64,000 nt of DNA from Acidimicrobiia bacterium (GTDB taxonomy: Bacteria; Actinomycetota; Acidimicrobiia; IMCC26256; PALSA-555): positions 836 through 64,835 of the forward strand of contig DATISY010000067.1 in the NCBI GenBank assembly GCA_035468285.1, written 5' to 3'. This document shows, in pieces, positions 7,734 to 16,134 of this stretch; position 1 is the first letter of the stretch, and each line of letters begins with the position of its first letter. Both the position numbers and the translations under genes were made by a program. The notes under the pieces were generated by a model, which saw only the letters and a program-made list of their open reading frames with translations, had not been told where the DNA came from and did no database searches.

Positions 7734-9353
7734 CTAGACCGAGGCGGCGGACCGGAGCGTGAAACCCCGGTAGTCGGCGGCGGCGACCTCGTGGCAGATC
7801 CGGTCGTAGAGCGGCAAACCACCGATGTAGGGCATGAACACCCGCGGCTTGCCGGGCACGTTCGCACCCATGTACCAGGACGCTGCGGTCGGGAAGAGGG
7901 TCTTGTTGGCGACCTGGTTGACGTGGTCGACCCAGTCGTCCTCGGCTTCCTCGGTCGCCTCGATCGACGTGACACCGCGGTCCCGGACGGCGGCGATGCA
8001 GTCCGCGATCCAGTCGACGTGCTGCTCGATCGCGACGAGCATGTTGACGAGCACCGACGGGCTGCCCGGCCCGGTGACCAGGAACAGGTTGGGGAACCCG
8101 GCGACGGCGAGACCGAGGTACGTGCGCGGCCCGGCGGCCCACTTGTCCCGCAGCGAGATGCCGTCCGCGTTGACGATGTCGGGGGCGAGGAGCGGGCCGG
8201 TCATGGCGTCGAAGCCGGTGGCGCACACGAGGACATCGAGGGAATACTCGTCGGCCTCGGTGCGGACGCCGTGCGGGACGATCTCGACGATCGGCGTCGC
8301 GCGGACGTCGACCAGGGTGACGTTGTCCCGGTTGAACGTGGCGTAGTAGTCGGTGTCGAGACAGGGTCGCTTCGTGCCCAGTGGATGGTTGCGGGGCGTG
8401 AGCCGCTCCGCGATGTCTGGGTCGGCGACCACGTCACGGATCCGGTCGCGCACGAACTGGGCGGCGGTGTCATTGGCGTCCCGGTTCACGAGGAGGTCGT
8501 TGAACGCCGCGACCATCCCGTAGAGGGTCCCCGATTCCCACGCCGCCCGGTACTTCTCCTCGCGGACCGTGTCGTCGACGGCGAGCGCCGACTCCTCGGG
8601 GAGGGGCACGACGACCCCGGCACGCGACGCGCGCATCGCGTCGCGGTGCTCCCGGGCCCGGGCCTTGCGCGCCGTGATCGCGTCGGGGTCGAGCGGCGCG
8701 TTCCTCGCTGGCATGGTGAAGTTCGGGGTCCGCTGGAACACGGTGACGTGCGCGGCTTCCCGGGCGATGACCGGGATCGACTGGATGCCCGACGACCCGG
8801 TGCCGATCACCCCGACCCGCTGACCGGCGAGGTCGACACCGCCGTGCGGCCAGCGGCTGGTGTAGAGGATCGGGCCCGCGAACGTGTCGATGCCGGGGAT
8901 CTCGGGCTGCTTCGGCGCCGAGAGGCAGCCCGTCGCCATCACGCAGAACTGCGCGGACACGTGATGTCCCCGGTCCGTGCTGACCTGCCACCGCTGCGCA
9001 GGCTCGTCCCACGTCGCGGCGGTCACCCGGGTCTCGAACGCGATGTCGCGGCGCAGATCGAACCGGTCCGCGACGTGCTCCGCGTACCGCAGGATCTCCG
9101 GCTGGGTGGCGTACCGCTCCGACCAGGTCCACTCCTGTTCCAGCTCGGGTGAGAACGAGTAGGAGTAGTCCATCGACTCGACGTCGCAGCGCGCCCCTGG
9201 GTAGCGGTTCCACCACCACGTTCCGCCCACGTCCGCCGCGGCCTCGAAACCCTGCAGCGTCAGGCCGAGCTGGCGCAGCCGCTGGTGCGCGTACAGCCCG
9301 GCGAACCCGGCGCCGACGACGACCGCGTCGACCTCGCGATGCGAATCCGTCAT
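7734..9353 (-). CDS. Flavin-dependent Baeyer-Villiger (cyclohexanone-type) monooxygenase
   Basis: 539 aa from ATG 9353 (MTDSHREVDAVVVGAGFAGL). FAD GxGxxG motif, BVMO fingerprint-like FAGPILYTSRWPH, and a second Rossmann motif VGVIGTGSSG. The 109 upstream codons of the track ORF are Arg/Pro junk. Confidence 0.9.
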   Translation of the reverse strand: MTDSHREVDAVVVGAGFAGLYAHQRLRQLGLTLQGFEAAADVGGTWWWNRYPGARCDVESMDYSYSFSPELEQEWTWSERYATQPEILRYAEHVADRFDLRRDIAFETRVTAATWDEPAQRWQVSTDRGHHVSAQFCVMATGCLSAPKQPEIPGIDTFAGPILYTSRWPHGGVDLAGQRVGVIGTGSSGIQSIPVIAREAAHVTVFQRTPNFTMPARNAPLDPDAITARKARAREHRDAMRASRAGVVVPLPEESALAVDDTVREEKYRAAWESGTLYGMVAAFNDLLVNRDANDTAAQFVRDRIRDVVADPDIAERLTPRNHPLGTKRPCLDTDYYATFNRDNVTLVDVRATPIVEIVPHGVRTEADEYSLDVLVCATGFDAMTGPLLAPDIVNADGISLRDKWAAGPRTYLGLAVAGFPNLFLVTGPGSPSVLVNMLVAIEQHVDWIADCIAAVRDRGVTSIEATEEAEDDWVDHVNQVANKTLFPTAASWYMGANVPGKPRVFMPYIGGLPLYDRICHEVAAADYRGFTLRSAASV

Positions 9354-9702
9354 GGGCGCATTGTCACACGCGCTGCCCGGCCCGCGCCGGGGGCCCCGGT
9401 TGAGCGTGCTGGGCGTACGCTGACGGCACGACGAGGGGCGCGTCGGTGCCCGCGGGGGACCGGGCCAGGGCCCGATGATCGACCTGATCGGGTGTCGGTG
9501 TCGCGGTGGGGATCGACGGGCGGATCCGGGCGACGACGCCGCGGGCGTCGCAGGTCGCGGTGGCACGGCTCGGCGGCGCGGTCGGCCTCGTGGTCGGCCT
9601 GGGGTCGCTGGTGTGGGGCGCGACCGTCCCCTGATCCGCTCGATCCGCTTCCCAGGGTGCGGACCGGCCCCGCGCCGCACGGGTTGCCCGTAGCCTGCGG
9701 GG

Positions 9703-11256
9703 ATGGAGGCGCGCCGGTTTCCCCGCGACGCGGTCGCGACCGCGCACTACCTCGCCTCCGCGTCGGGTCTCGCGGTGCTGGCCGAGGGTGGGAACGCGGT
9801 TGACGCCGCGGTCGCGGCGAACCTGACTCTGGGGGTCGTGACCCCGTACGCGTGCGGGTATGGGGGTGACCTGTTCGCGGTGGTGTGGGACGGTGCGCTG
9901 CACGGCTACCTCGGCTCTGGACGTTCCCCAGCGGAGGCGTCACGCGACGACGTCGCCGACCGGGCCGGCGCGGCGCACATGCCGGTGTTTGGGGCCGACA
10001 CGGTCACCGTCCCGGGTGGTGTCGCCGGGTGGTTCGACCTCCTTGCCCGTTGGGGGACCCGCGACTTCGGGTCGCTGGCACGGGACGCGATCGCGTACGC
10101 CCGGGATGGGTTCGAGGTCAGCGCGGGTGCAGCGACGGTGTTCGCGGAAGGGGGGCGTCTGTACCGGGAGGAGGACCCGACCTTCGCGGCGTGGCGGCGC
10201 CTGTATGCCGACGTCGGCCCGGGCACCTGGTTGCGTCAGCCGTCGCTGGCCCGGACCTTGGAGCGCATCGCGGCCGACGGGCCCGACGCTTACTACAAGG
10301 GCCCGATCGGGGACGCCATCGTCGCGACGCTCGCCGAGCACGGCAGCGCGATGCGCCGGGGGGACCTCGCCACGCACGCGGGGGAGTGGACCGCGCCGCT
10401 GCGAGCCCCGTACCGCGACGTCGAGATCGTCGAGTTGCCACCCCCCACCCAAGGGGTCACCGCGCTCGAGGCGCTCCGCATCCTCGACGGGCTCCCACGC
10501 CGCGACGACCCCGTCGACCGGGAACACGTCAAGATCGAGGCGCTCAAGCAGGCGCTCGCCGACCGGGACCGGTACGTCACCGACCCCGAGCACATGCCGC
10601 GCGCCGCGACCGAGCTCCTCACCGATGGGTGGATCGAGTCGCGGCGGCGGGTGCTGCGCCTCGACCGGGCCGTCGACCCCGACGCCGCCGTCCCCCAGCC
10701 GGGGGGTACCACCTATCTGTGCGTCGCGGACCGCGACGGGCTCCTGGTCAGCCTCATCCAGTCGAACTTCACGTCGTTCGGCTCCGGGGTGCACGTCCCC
10801 GAGTGGGGGATCAACCTCAACAACCGGGGGTTCTCGTTCTCGCTCGATCCGGACCGGCCGAACGTGTTCGCGCCCGGGAAACGGCCGATGCACACCCTCA
10901 TCCCGGCGATGGCGCTTCGGGACGGGGCCCCGTGGCTGGTGTTCGGCAGCATGGGCGGCGACGCGCAAGCCGCGGTGCACGTCCAGCTGCTCGCTCACCT
11001 CGTCGACCGCGGGGCGGATCCGGCGGATGCGCTCGTCGCGCCGCGCTGGCGGGTCGACCCCGGGACGTGGCGGGTCCACGCCGAGCGGCGGTTCCCCGGC
11101 GAGCTGCTCGAAGGGCTGCGGGCCCGCGGGCACACGGTCGAGGTGACCCGGAACTTCGACACCGGGATGGGTCACGCGCACGTCATCCGGCTCAACGCGC
11201 CCGGGTACGCCGCCGCGGCGGACCCGCGCTCGGAAGGCGCCGCGCTCGGGCGTTGA
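9703..11256 (+). CDS. ggt: Gamma-glutamyltransferase family protein
   Basis: 517 aa. The autoprocessing/nucleophile region PQPGGTTYLCVADRDG and the downstream GSMGG block are typical of GGT/Ntn hydrolases. Confidence 0.85.
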   Translation: MEARRFPRDAVATAHYLASASGLAVLAEGGNAVDAAVAANLTLGVVTPYACGYGGDLFAVVWDGALHGYLGSGRSPAEASRDDVADRAGAAHMPVFGADTVTVPGGVAGWFDLLARWGTRDFGSLARDAIAYARDGFEVSAGAATVFAEGGRLYREEDPTFAAWRRLYADVGPGTWLRQPSLARTLERIAADGPDAYYKGPIGDAIVATLAEHGSAMRRGDLATHAGEWTAPLRAPYRDVEIVELPPPTQGVTALEALRILDGLPRRDDPVDREHVKIEALKQALADRDRYVTDPEHMPRAATELLTDGWIESRRRVLRLDRAVDPDAAVPQPGGTTYLCVADRDGLLVSLIQSNFTSFGSGVHVPEWGINLNNRGFSFSLDPDRPNVFAPGKRPMHTLIPAMALRDGAPWLVFGSMGGDAQAAVHVQLLAHLVDRGADPADALVAPRWRVDPGTWRVHAERRFPGELLEGLRARGHTVEVTRNFDTGMGHAHVIRLNAPGYAAAADPRSEGAALGR

Positions 11257-11291
11257 GACCCGGCGCGTGCGACCCCCGGTACGATTCCCTC

Positions 11292-12185
11292 ATGGAACCG
11301 GTCAAATCGGTCGACGACGTGCGCGACGCGCTGGCTGCGCACGACTACCTGGCCGACGACGGGCTCGCCACCGCGGTGTTCCTGGCGTTGCGCCTCGAGC
11401 GGCCGCTGCTCCTCGAGGGCGAGGCGGGGGTCGGCAAGACCGAGCTGGCCAAGGTCCTGGCCCGCTGGACGGGCGGCGAGCTGATCCGGTTGCAGTGCTA
11501 CGAGGGGATCGACGCGGCCCAGGCCGTCTACGAATGGGACTACTCCCGGCAGCTCCTGCACCTGCGCGCCGCGGAGGCGAGCGGCGGCCCGATCTCGGAG
11601 GACGAGCTCTACTCCGAGCGGTTCCTCGTCCGTCGCCCGCTGCTGCGGGCCATCGCCTACGAAGGCGCGCAACCCCCGGTGCTGCTGGTCGATGAGGTTG
11701 ACCGGGCCGACGACGAGTTCGAGGCGTTCCTGCTCGAGATCCTCGCCGACTACGCCATCACCATCCCCGAGCTCGGCACGTTCCACGCTGCCCGGCCCCC
11801 GGTCGTCGTCGTCACGTCGAACCGGACCCGCGACGTCCACGACGCCTTGAAGCGCCGCTGCCTCTACCACTGGATCGACCATCCCGACTTCGAACGCGAG
11901 CTCGCCATCCTCCGGGTGCGGGCCCCCGGCGTCGGTGAGGCGCTCGCCCGCCAGGTCGCGGCCGCGGTCGCGGCGCTGCGCGACCTCGACCTCTACAAGC
12001 CGCCCGGTGTCGCCGAGACCATCGACTGGGCCCAGGCCGTCGCCGCGCTCGGCGCCACCCTCCTCGACGAGGAGACCGTCGCCGTCACGCTCGGCACCGT
12101 CCTCAAGTACCGCGAGGACCAGCAACGCGCCGTCAGCCACGGGCTCACCACCCTCATCACCGCCCCCGTCTCCGACGATGCCTGA
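11292..12185 (+). CDS. MoxR-like AAA+ ATPase (CoxD-like)
   Basis: 297 aa from ATG 11292. Walker A LLEGEAGVGKTE, Walker B VLLVDEVDRA, and the conserved ALKRRCLYHWIDHP block of the MoxR/CoxD subfamily. Confidence 0.9.
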   Translation: MEPVKSVDDVRDALAAHDYLADDGLATAVFLALRLERPLLLEGEAGVGKTELAKVLARWTGGELIRLQCYEGIDAAQAVYEWDYSRQLLHLRAAEASGGPISEDELYSERFLVRRPLLRAIAYEGAQPPVLLVDEVDRADDEFEAFLLEILADYAITIPELGTFHAARPPVVVVTSNRTRDVHDALKRRCLYHWIDHPDFERELAILRVRAPGVGEALARQVAAAVAALRDLDLYKPPGVAETIDWAQAVAALGATLLDEETVAVTLGTVLKYREDQQRAVSHGLTTLITAPVSDDA

Positions 12186-13302
12186 CCCTGCCGACGCCGA
12201 CCGGCTCGTCGTCGCGTTCGCCCGGGTGCTGCGCCGCGCCGGGCTCGACGTCCCCGTCGGCGCCACCGTGACCCTCGGCGAGGCGTTCGCCGCCGTCGGG
12301 CTCGAGCAGCGCGACGCCCTCTACTGGGCCGGCCGGGCCGTCGTGCTGCGCCGCCGCGAAGACGGGCCCGTCTACGACGCCGCGTTCCGGGCGTTCTGGG
12401 ACGCCGAGCCCCCCACCGCCGTCCCGGCACCGGACTCGACGGAGACGATCACGATCGGGCTCGACGACGACGCCGGGCCCGACACCGACGCGCCTGACGA
12501 ACCCGACGACGGGGGCGACGACGTCCAGCTGCGGGTCCGGTGGAGCCCCGCCGAGCTGCTCCGCCACCGCGACTTCGCCGCGTGCAGCCCCGCCGAGCTC
12601 GACGAGGCTCGGCGGCTCATCGCCGACCTGCGCATCGTCGGCGCCCGCCGCCGGTCCCGTCGCCACCGGGCCACGCACCGCGACCGGGGCCGACCCGACC
12701 TGCGCCGCACCGTCCGCCGCGCCCTCGGCGCGGGTGGGGAGCCGGCCCGGCGAGCGTTCCGCGCACCGACCGACCGGCCCCGCCGCCTCGTGCTCCTCTG
12801 CGACGTCAGCGGCTCCATGGAGCCCTACGCCCGCGCCTTCCTCCGGTTCCTCCACACCGCGGTCGTGGCCGGCACCCGCGTCGAGGCGTTCGCCGTCGGG
12901 ACCCGCGTGACCCGCCTCACCCGGGAGCTGTCGTCCCGTGACCCCGATGAGGCGCTGCGCGCCGCCGCGGCGCGTGTCACCGACTGGTCCGGCGGCACCC
13001 GCCTCGGCGACGGGCTCCGCACCTTCAATGACCGGTGGGGGATCCGGGGGGTCGCCCGCGGCGCGGTCGTCGTCGTCCTCTCCGACGGGTGGGACCGTGG
13101 TGACCCCGACCTCCTCGGCGAGCAGATGGCCCGCCTCCATCGGGTCGCGCACCGGGTGGTGTGGGTCAACCCGCTCAAGGCCACCGCCGACTACGCGCCC
13201 CTGGCCCGGGGCATGGCCGCGGCGCTGCCCCACGTCGACGAGTTCGTCACCGGCCACTCCATCGCCGCCCTCGAAGACCTCGTCGGCGTCCTGGCCCGAT
13301 GA
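12178..13302 (+). CDS. VWA domain-containing protein (CoxE-like)
   Basis: 374 aa. The start overlaps the MoxR stop by 8 nt. MIDAS-like LLCDVSGSM motif and C-terminal VVWVNPL block are typical of CoxE-type VWA partners of MoxR ATPases. Confidence 0.85.
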   Translation: MPDPADADRLVVAFARVLRRAGLDVPVGATVTLGEAFAAVGLEQRDALYWAGRAVVLRRREDGPVYDAAFRAFWDAEPPTAVPAPDSTETITIGLDDDAGPDTDAPDEPDDGGDDVQLRVRWSPAELLRHRDFAACSPAELDEARRLIADLRIVGARRRSRRHRATHRDRGRPDLRRTVRRALGAGGEPARRAFRAPTDRPRRLVLLCDVSGSMEPYARAFLRFLHTAVVAGTRVEAFAVGTRVTRLTRELSSRDPDEALRAAAARVTDWSGGTRLGDGLRTFNDRWGIRGVARGAVVVVLSDGWDRGDPDLLGEQMARLHRVAHRVVWVNPLKATADYAPLARGMAAALPHVDEFVTGHSIAALEDLVGVLAR

Positions 13303-13314
13303 TCGGCCGGTGAC

Positions 13315-13635
13315 GTGATGCGCGACCTCCTCGACGACATCGACCGGTGGCGCGACGCGGGCCACCGCGTCGCGGTCGCCCGCGTCGTCGGACTCGACGG
13401 GTCCGGGCCCCGCGACCCCGGCGCGGCGATGGCCGTCAGCGATTCCGGGGAGGTCGCCGGCTCCGTCTCCGGCGGCTGCGTCGAGGGCGCGGTCGTGACC
13501 GAGGCCCTCGCGGTCCTCGCCGGGGAACGGCCCCGCGGGGTGGTGACGTTCGGCTACTCCGACGACGACGCGTTCGCTGTCGGCCTGACCTGCGGCGGGA
13601 CGATCCACGTGTTCGTCGAACCGCTCGACTGGTGA
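13315..13635 (+). CDS. XdhC/CoxI family protein, N-terminal-domain-only
   Basis: 106 aa. VARVVGLDGSGPRDPGAAMAV...GSVSGGCVEG matches the XdhC_CoxI N-domain signature (GS.SGGC.E). Confidence 0.8.
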   Translation: MMRDLLDDIDRWRDAGHRVAVARVVGLDGSGPRDPGAAMAVSDSGEVAGSVSGGCVEGAVVTEALAVLAGERPRGVVTFGYSDDDAFAVGLTCGGTIHVFVEPLDW

Positions 13636-14444
13636 CCGTGCCCGCGGGCGCGACGCCCGTCTACGACGCATTGGACGCCGCGCTGCGCGCCGACCAGCCC
13701 GTCGCGCTCGCCGCGGTCACCGACGGGGTCGGCCTCGGCCGCAAGCTCCTCGTCCGGCCCGGCGGCCCCCCCGTCGGTTCCCTCGGTCACGGCGACCTGG
13801 ACCGGGTCGTCGCCCGCGACGCGCTCGGCGCGCTCGAGGCGGGCGCCACCGTGACCCGCCACTACGGGCCCCACGGCGAAGCCCGCGAAGACACCGTGAC
13901 CGTGTTCATCGAGTCGTTCGCTCCCGCGCCCCGGATGGTGATCTTCGGGGCGGTCGACTTCACTGCGTCGTTGGCACGCGCCGCGAAGCTGCTCGGCTAC
14001 CACGTCACCGTCTGCGATGCCCGGGCGGTGTTCGCCACCCGGGCCCGGTTCCCGATGGCCGACGCGGTCGTCTGCGAGTGGCCCAACCGGTACTTGGAGG
14101 AGCACGGCCAGGAGCTCGGGCCCCGCGACGCGGTGTGCGTGCTGACCCACGACGCCAAGTTCGACGTGCCGGCGATCGTCGCCGCGCTCGGCACCCGGGT
14201 CGGGTACCTCGGCGCGATGGGGAGCCGTCGCACCCACGCCGAGCGGGTCGAGCGGCTCCGCGAGGCCGGTGTCGACGACGCCGGCCTGGACCGGCTCCGC
14301 GCCCCGATCGGCCTGGACCTCGGCGCCCGCACTCCCGAGGAGACCGCAGTGGCGATCTGCGCCGAGATCATCGCCACGCGCACCGGGCGGCAGGCCCCGT
14401 CGCTGCGCGACACGGCCGGGCCGATCCACGGCGACCGCGCCTGA
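13632..14444 (+). CDS. XdhC family molybdoenzyme maturation protein (N-domain plus Rossmann-like C-domain)
   Basis: 270 aa from GTG 13632 (GTGA overlap with the preceding stop). Central PRMVIFGAVDFTASLARAAKLLGYHVTVCDAR and C-terminal LRAPIGLDLGARTPEETAVAICAEI are typical XdhC_C blocks. Confidence 0.85.
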   Translation: MTVPAGATPVYDALDAALRADQPVALAAVTDGVGLGRKLLVRPGGPPVGSLGHGDLDRVVARDALGALEAGATVTRHYGPHGEAREDTVTVFIESFAPAPRMVIFGAVDFTASLARAAKLLGYHVTVCDARAVFATRARFPMADAVVCEWPNRYLEEHGQELGPRDAVCVLTHDAKFDVPAIVAALGTRVGYLGAMGSRRTHAERVERLREAGVDDAGLDRLRAPIGLDLGARTPEETAVAICAEIIATRTGRQAPSLRDTAGPIHGDRA

Positions 14445-14470
14445 CCGGAGCCGCAACGGGAGGGGGAGCG

Positions 14471-15205
14471 ATGGATCTGGGAATCACGGGACGGCGGGCC
14501 GCCGTCGCGGGCGCGTCGGCGGGTCTGGGCCGGGCGTGCGCCGAGGCGCTCGCCGCCGAGGGCGTGCAGGTCGCGATCTGTGGCCGGGACCAGGGTCGCC
14601 TCGACGAGGTCGCCGCCGCCTCGGGGGTGATCCCGATCGTGGCCGACGTGTCCCAACCCGACGGGGCCCGGCACTTCGTCGCGGCGGCACGCGCCGCGCT
14701 GGGCGGGATCGACATCCTGATCCCGAACTCGGGCGGACCCCATCCTGGCGGGTTCGCCGACATCACCGACATGGACGACTACGAGCGGGCGTTCGAGCTG
14801 AACGCGCTCTCCGCGATCGTCATGTGCCACGAGGCCGTCCCCGCGATGCGGGAGCAACGGTGGGGGAGAGTGGTCGCGATCACGTCCATCGCGGTGCGGC
14901 AGCCGATCCCGTCGCTGATCCTGTCCAACACCGCCCGGGCCGCGACGACCGGGTTCCTGAAGACGCTCGCCGGCGCGGTCGTCGCCGACGGGGTGACGGT
15001 CAACTCGCTGCAACCCGGGATCCACGACACCGACCGGATCCGTCAGCTCTCCGGCGGGAACGCCGCCGCGGGTCAGCCGTCGGGGACGATCGGGGACCCC
15101 GCCGACTTCGGGGCGGTGTGCACGTTCCTGTGCTCGGAGCACGCCCGGTTCATCACCGGCGCCGCGATCCCGGTCGATGGTGGCGCGTACGCCGGGCTGC
15201 AGTGA
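14471..15205 (+). CDS. SDR family oxidoreductase
   Basis: 244 aa with GGGGGAG RBS. AVAGASAGLGRA cofactor motif, NSGG, and C-terminal FITGAAIPVDGG are typical of classical short-chain dehydrogenases. Confidence 0.9.
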   Translation: MDLGITGRRAAVAGASAGLGRACAEALAAEGVQVAICGRDQGRLDEVAAASGVIPIVADVSQPDGARHFVAAARAALGGIDILIPNSGGPHPGGFADITDMDDYERAFELNALSAIVMCHEAVPAMREQRWGRVVAITSIAVRQPIPSLILSNTARAATTGFLKTLAGAVVADGVTVNSLQPGIHDTDRIRQLSGGNAAAGQPSGTIGDPADFGAVCTFLCSEHARFITGAAIPVDGGAYAGLQ

Positions 15206-15209
15206 CCCC

Positions 15210-15509
15210 ATGATCCGTCACGTGGTCTGTCTCACCTGGAGCGTCGACGCCACCCCGGCTGACGTCGAGGCCGTCCGGGCCGGGCTCGTCGCACTCCCGG
15301 GCCAGATCCCCGAGATCCGGTCCTACGCAGTCGGGTCGGACCTGTCCGTCGTGGACGGGAACGCTGACTTCGCGATCGTGGCCGACTTCGACGACGTCGC
15401 CGCGTGGCGCCGCTACCAAGAGCATCCCGCGCACCAGGCCGTCCTGACCGAGCGGATCCGGCCGATCCTGGCCTCCCGGGCCGCGGTGCAGCACGAGCTC
15501 CGGGCCTAG
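15210..15509 (+). CDS. Dabb (stress-responsive alpha/beta barrel) family protein
   Basis: 99 aa from ATG 15210. MIRHVVCLTW...IPEIRSYAVGSDL...DFAIVADFDD...YQEHPAHQAV fits the Dabb domain pattern. Confidence 0.8.
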   Translation: MIRHVVCLTWSVDATPADVEAVRAGLVALPGQIPEIRSYAVGSDLSVVDGNADFAIVADFDDVAAWRRYQEHPAHQAVLTERIRPILASRAAVQHELRA

Positions 15510-15543
15510 CCGGCGCGGGGAGGCCCTCGCGTACGCTGGGAGC

Positions 15544-16134
15544 GTGCCCACTCGGCGAATCGTGACGCTCCCGAACGCGATCTCCGTGGGACGGTTGGCG
15601 TGCGCGCCGGTGTTCTGCTGGCTGCTCTTCGACGGGCACCGCCTCGCGGCGTTCGTGCTCCTGGGTGCGCTCGGCGCCACCGACTGGGTCGACGGGTGGA
15701 TCGCCCGCCACTTCGACCAGGGCAGCGAGCTCGGCAAGGTCCTGGACCCGGTCGCGGACCGGATCCTGCTCGTCACGGCCGCGGTGGCGCTCCTCCTCGA
15801 CGGGACCGTCCCCGCGGTCGTCGGTGTGCTCGTGCTGGTCCGTGAGGGCCTCGTCGCCGCCGCGACGCTCGGGCTCGCCGCCGCCGGGGCCCGTCGCATC
15901 GAGGTGCAGTGGGTCGGGAAGGCCGGGACGCTGGCGCTCATGTTCGCCCTGCCCGGCTTCCTCCTCATCGACGTCGTGGGCGCCGGGACCGCACAGGACG
16001 TGATCCGCCCCCTGACGTGGCTCGCCACCGTCGGTGGGCTCGTTCTCAGCTACTACGCGCTCGTGGCGTACGTGCCGTTGGCCCGCGCCGCGCTGCACGA
16101 GGGCCGCGAGGCCCGGGCGGGGGTGCCGGCATGA
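15544..16134 (+). CDS. CDP-alcohol phosphatidyltransferase (PgsA2/cardiolipin-synthase-like by synteny)
   Basis: 196 aa from a GTG start. Signature D(x2)DG(x2)AR(x8)G(x3)D(x3)D is present as ATDWVDGWIARHFDQGSELGKVLDPVADR. Multiple TM segments. Its position upstream of gcvH mirrors Rv1822 in M. tuberculosis. Confidence 0.85.
   Translation: MPTRRIVTLPNAISVGRLACAPVFCWLLFDGHRLAAFVLLGALGATDWVDGWIARHFDQGSELGKVLDPVADRILLVTAAVALLLDGTVPAVVGVLVLVREGLVAAATLGLAAAGARRIEVQWVGKAGTLALMFALPGFLLIDVVGAGTAQDVIRPLTWLATVGGLVLSYYALVAYVPLARAALHEGREARAGVPA

Noticed and set aside
9354-9702. 72-aa ORF (9475-9693) and other short ORFs in the BVMO/GGT divergent intergenic region
   Set aside because: Arg/Gly-rich composition, no RBS and no motif. 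The region is more plausibly a shared promoter region.
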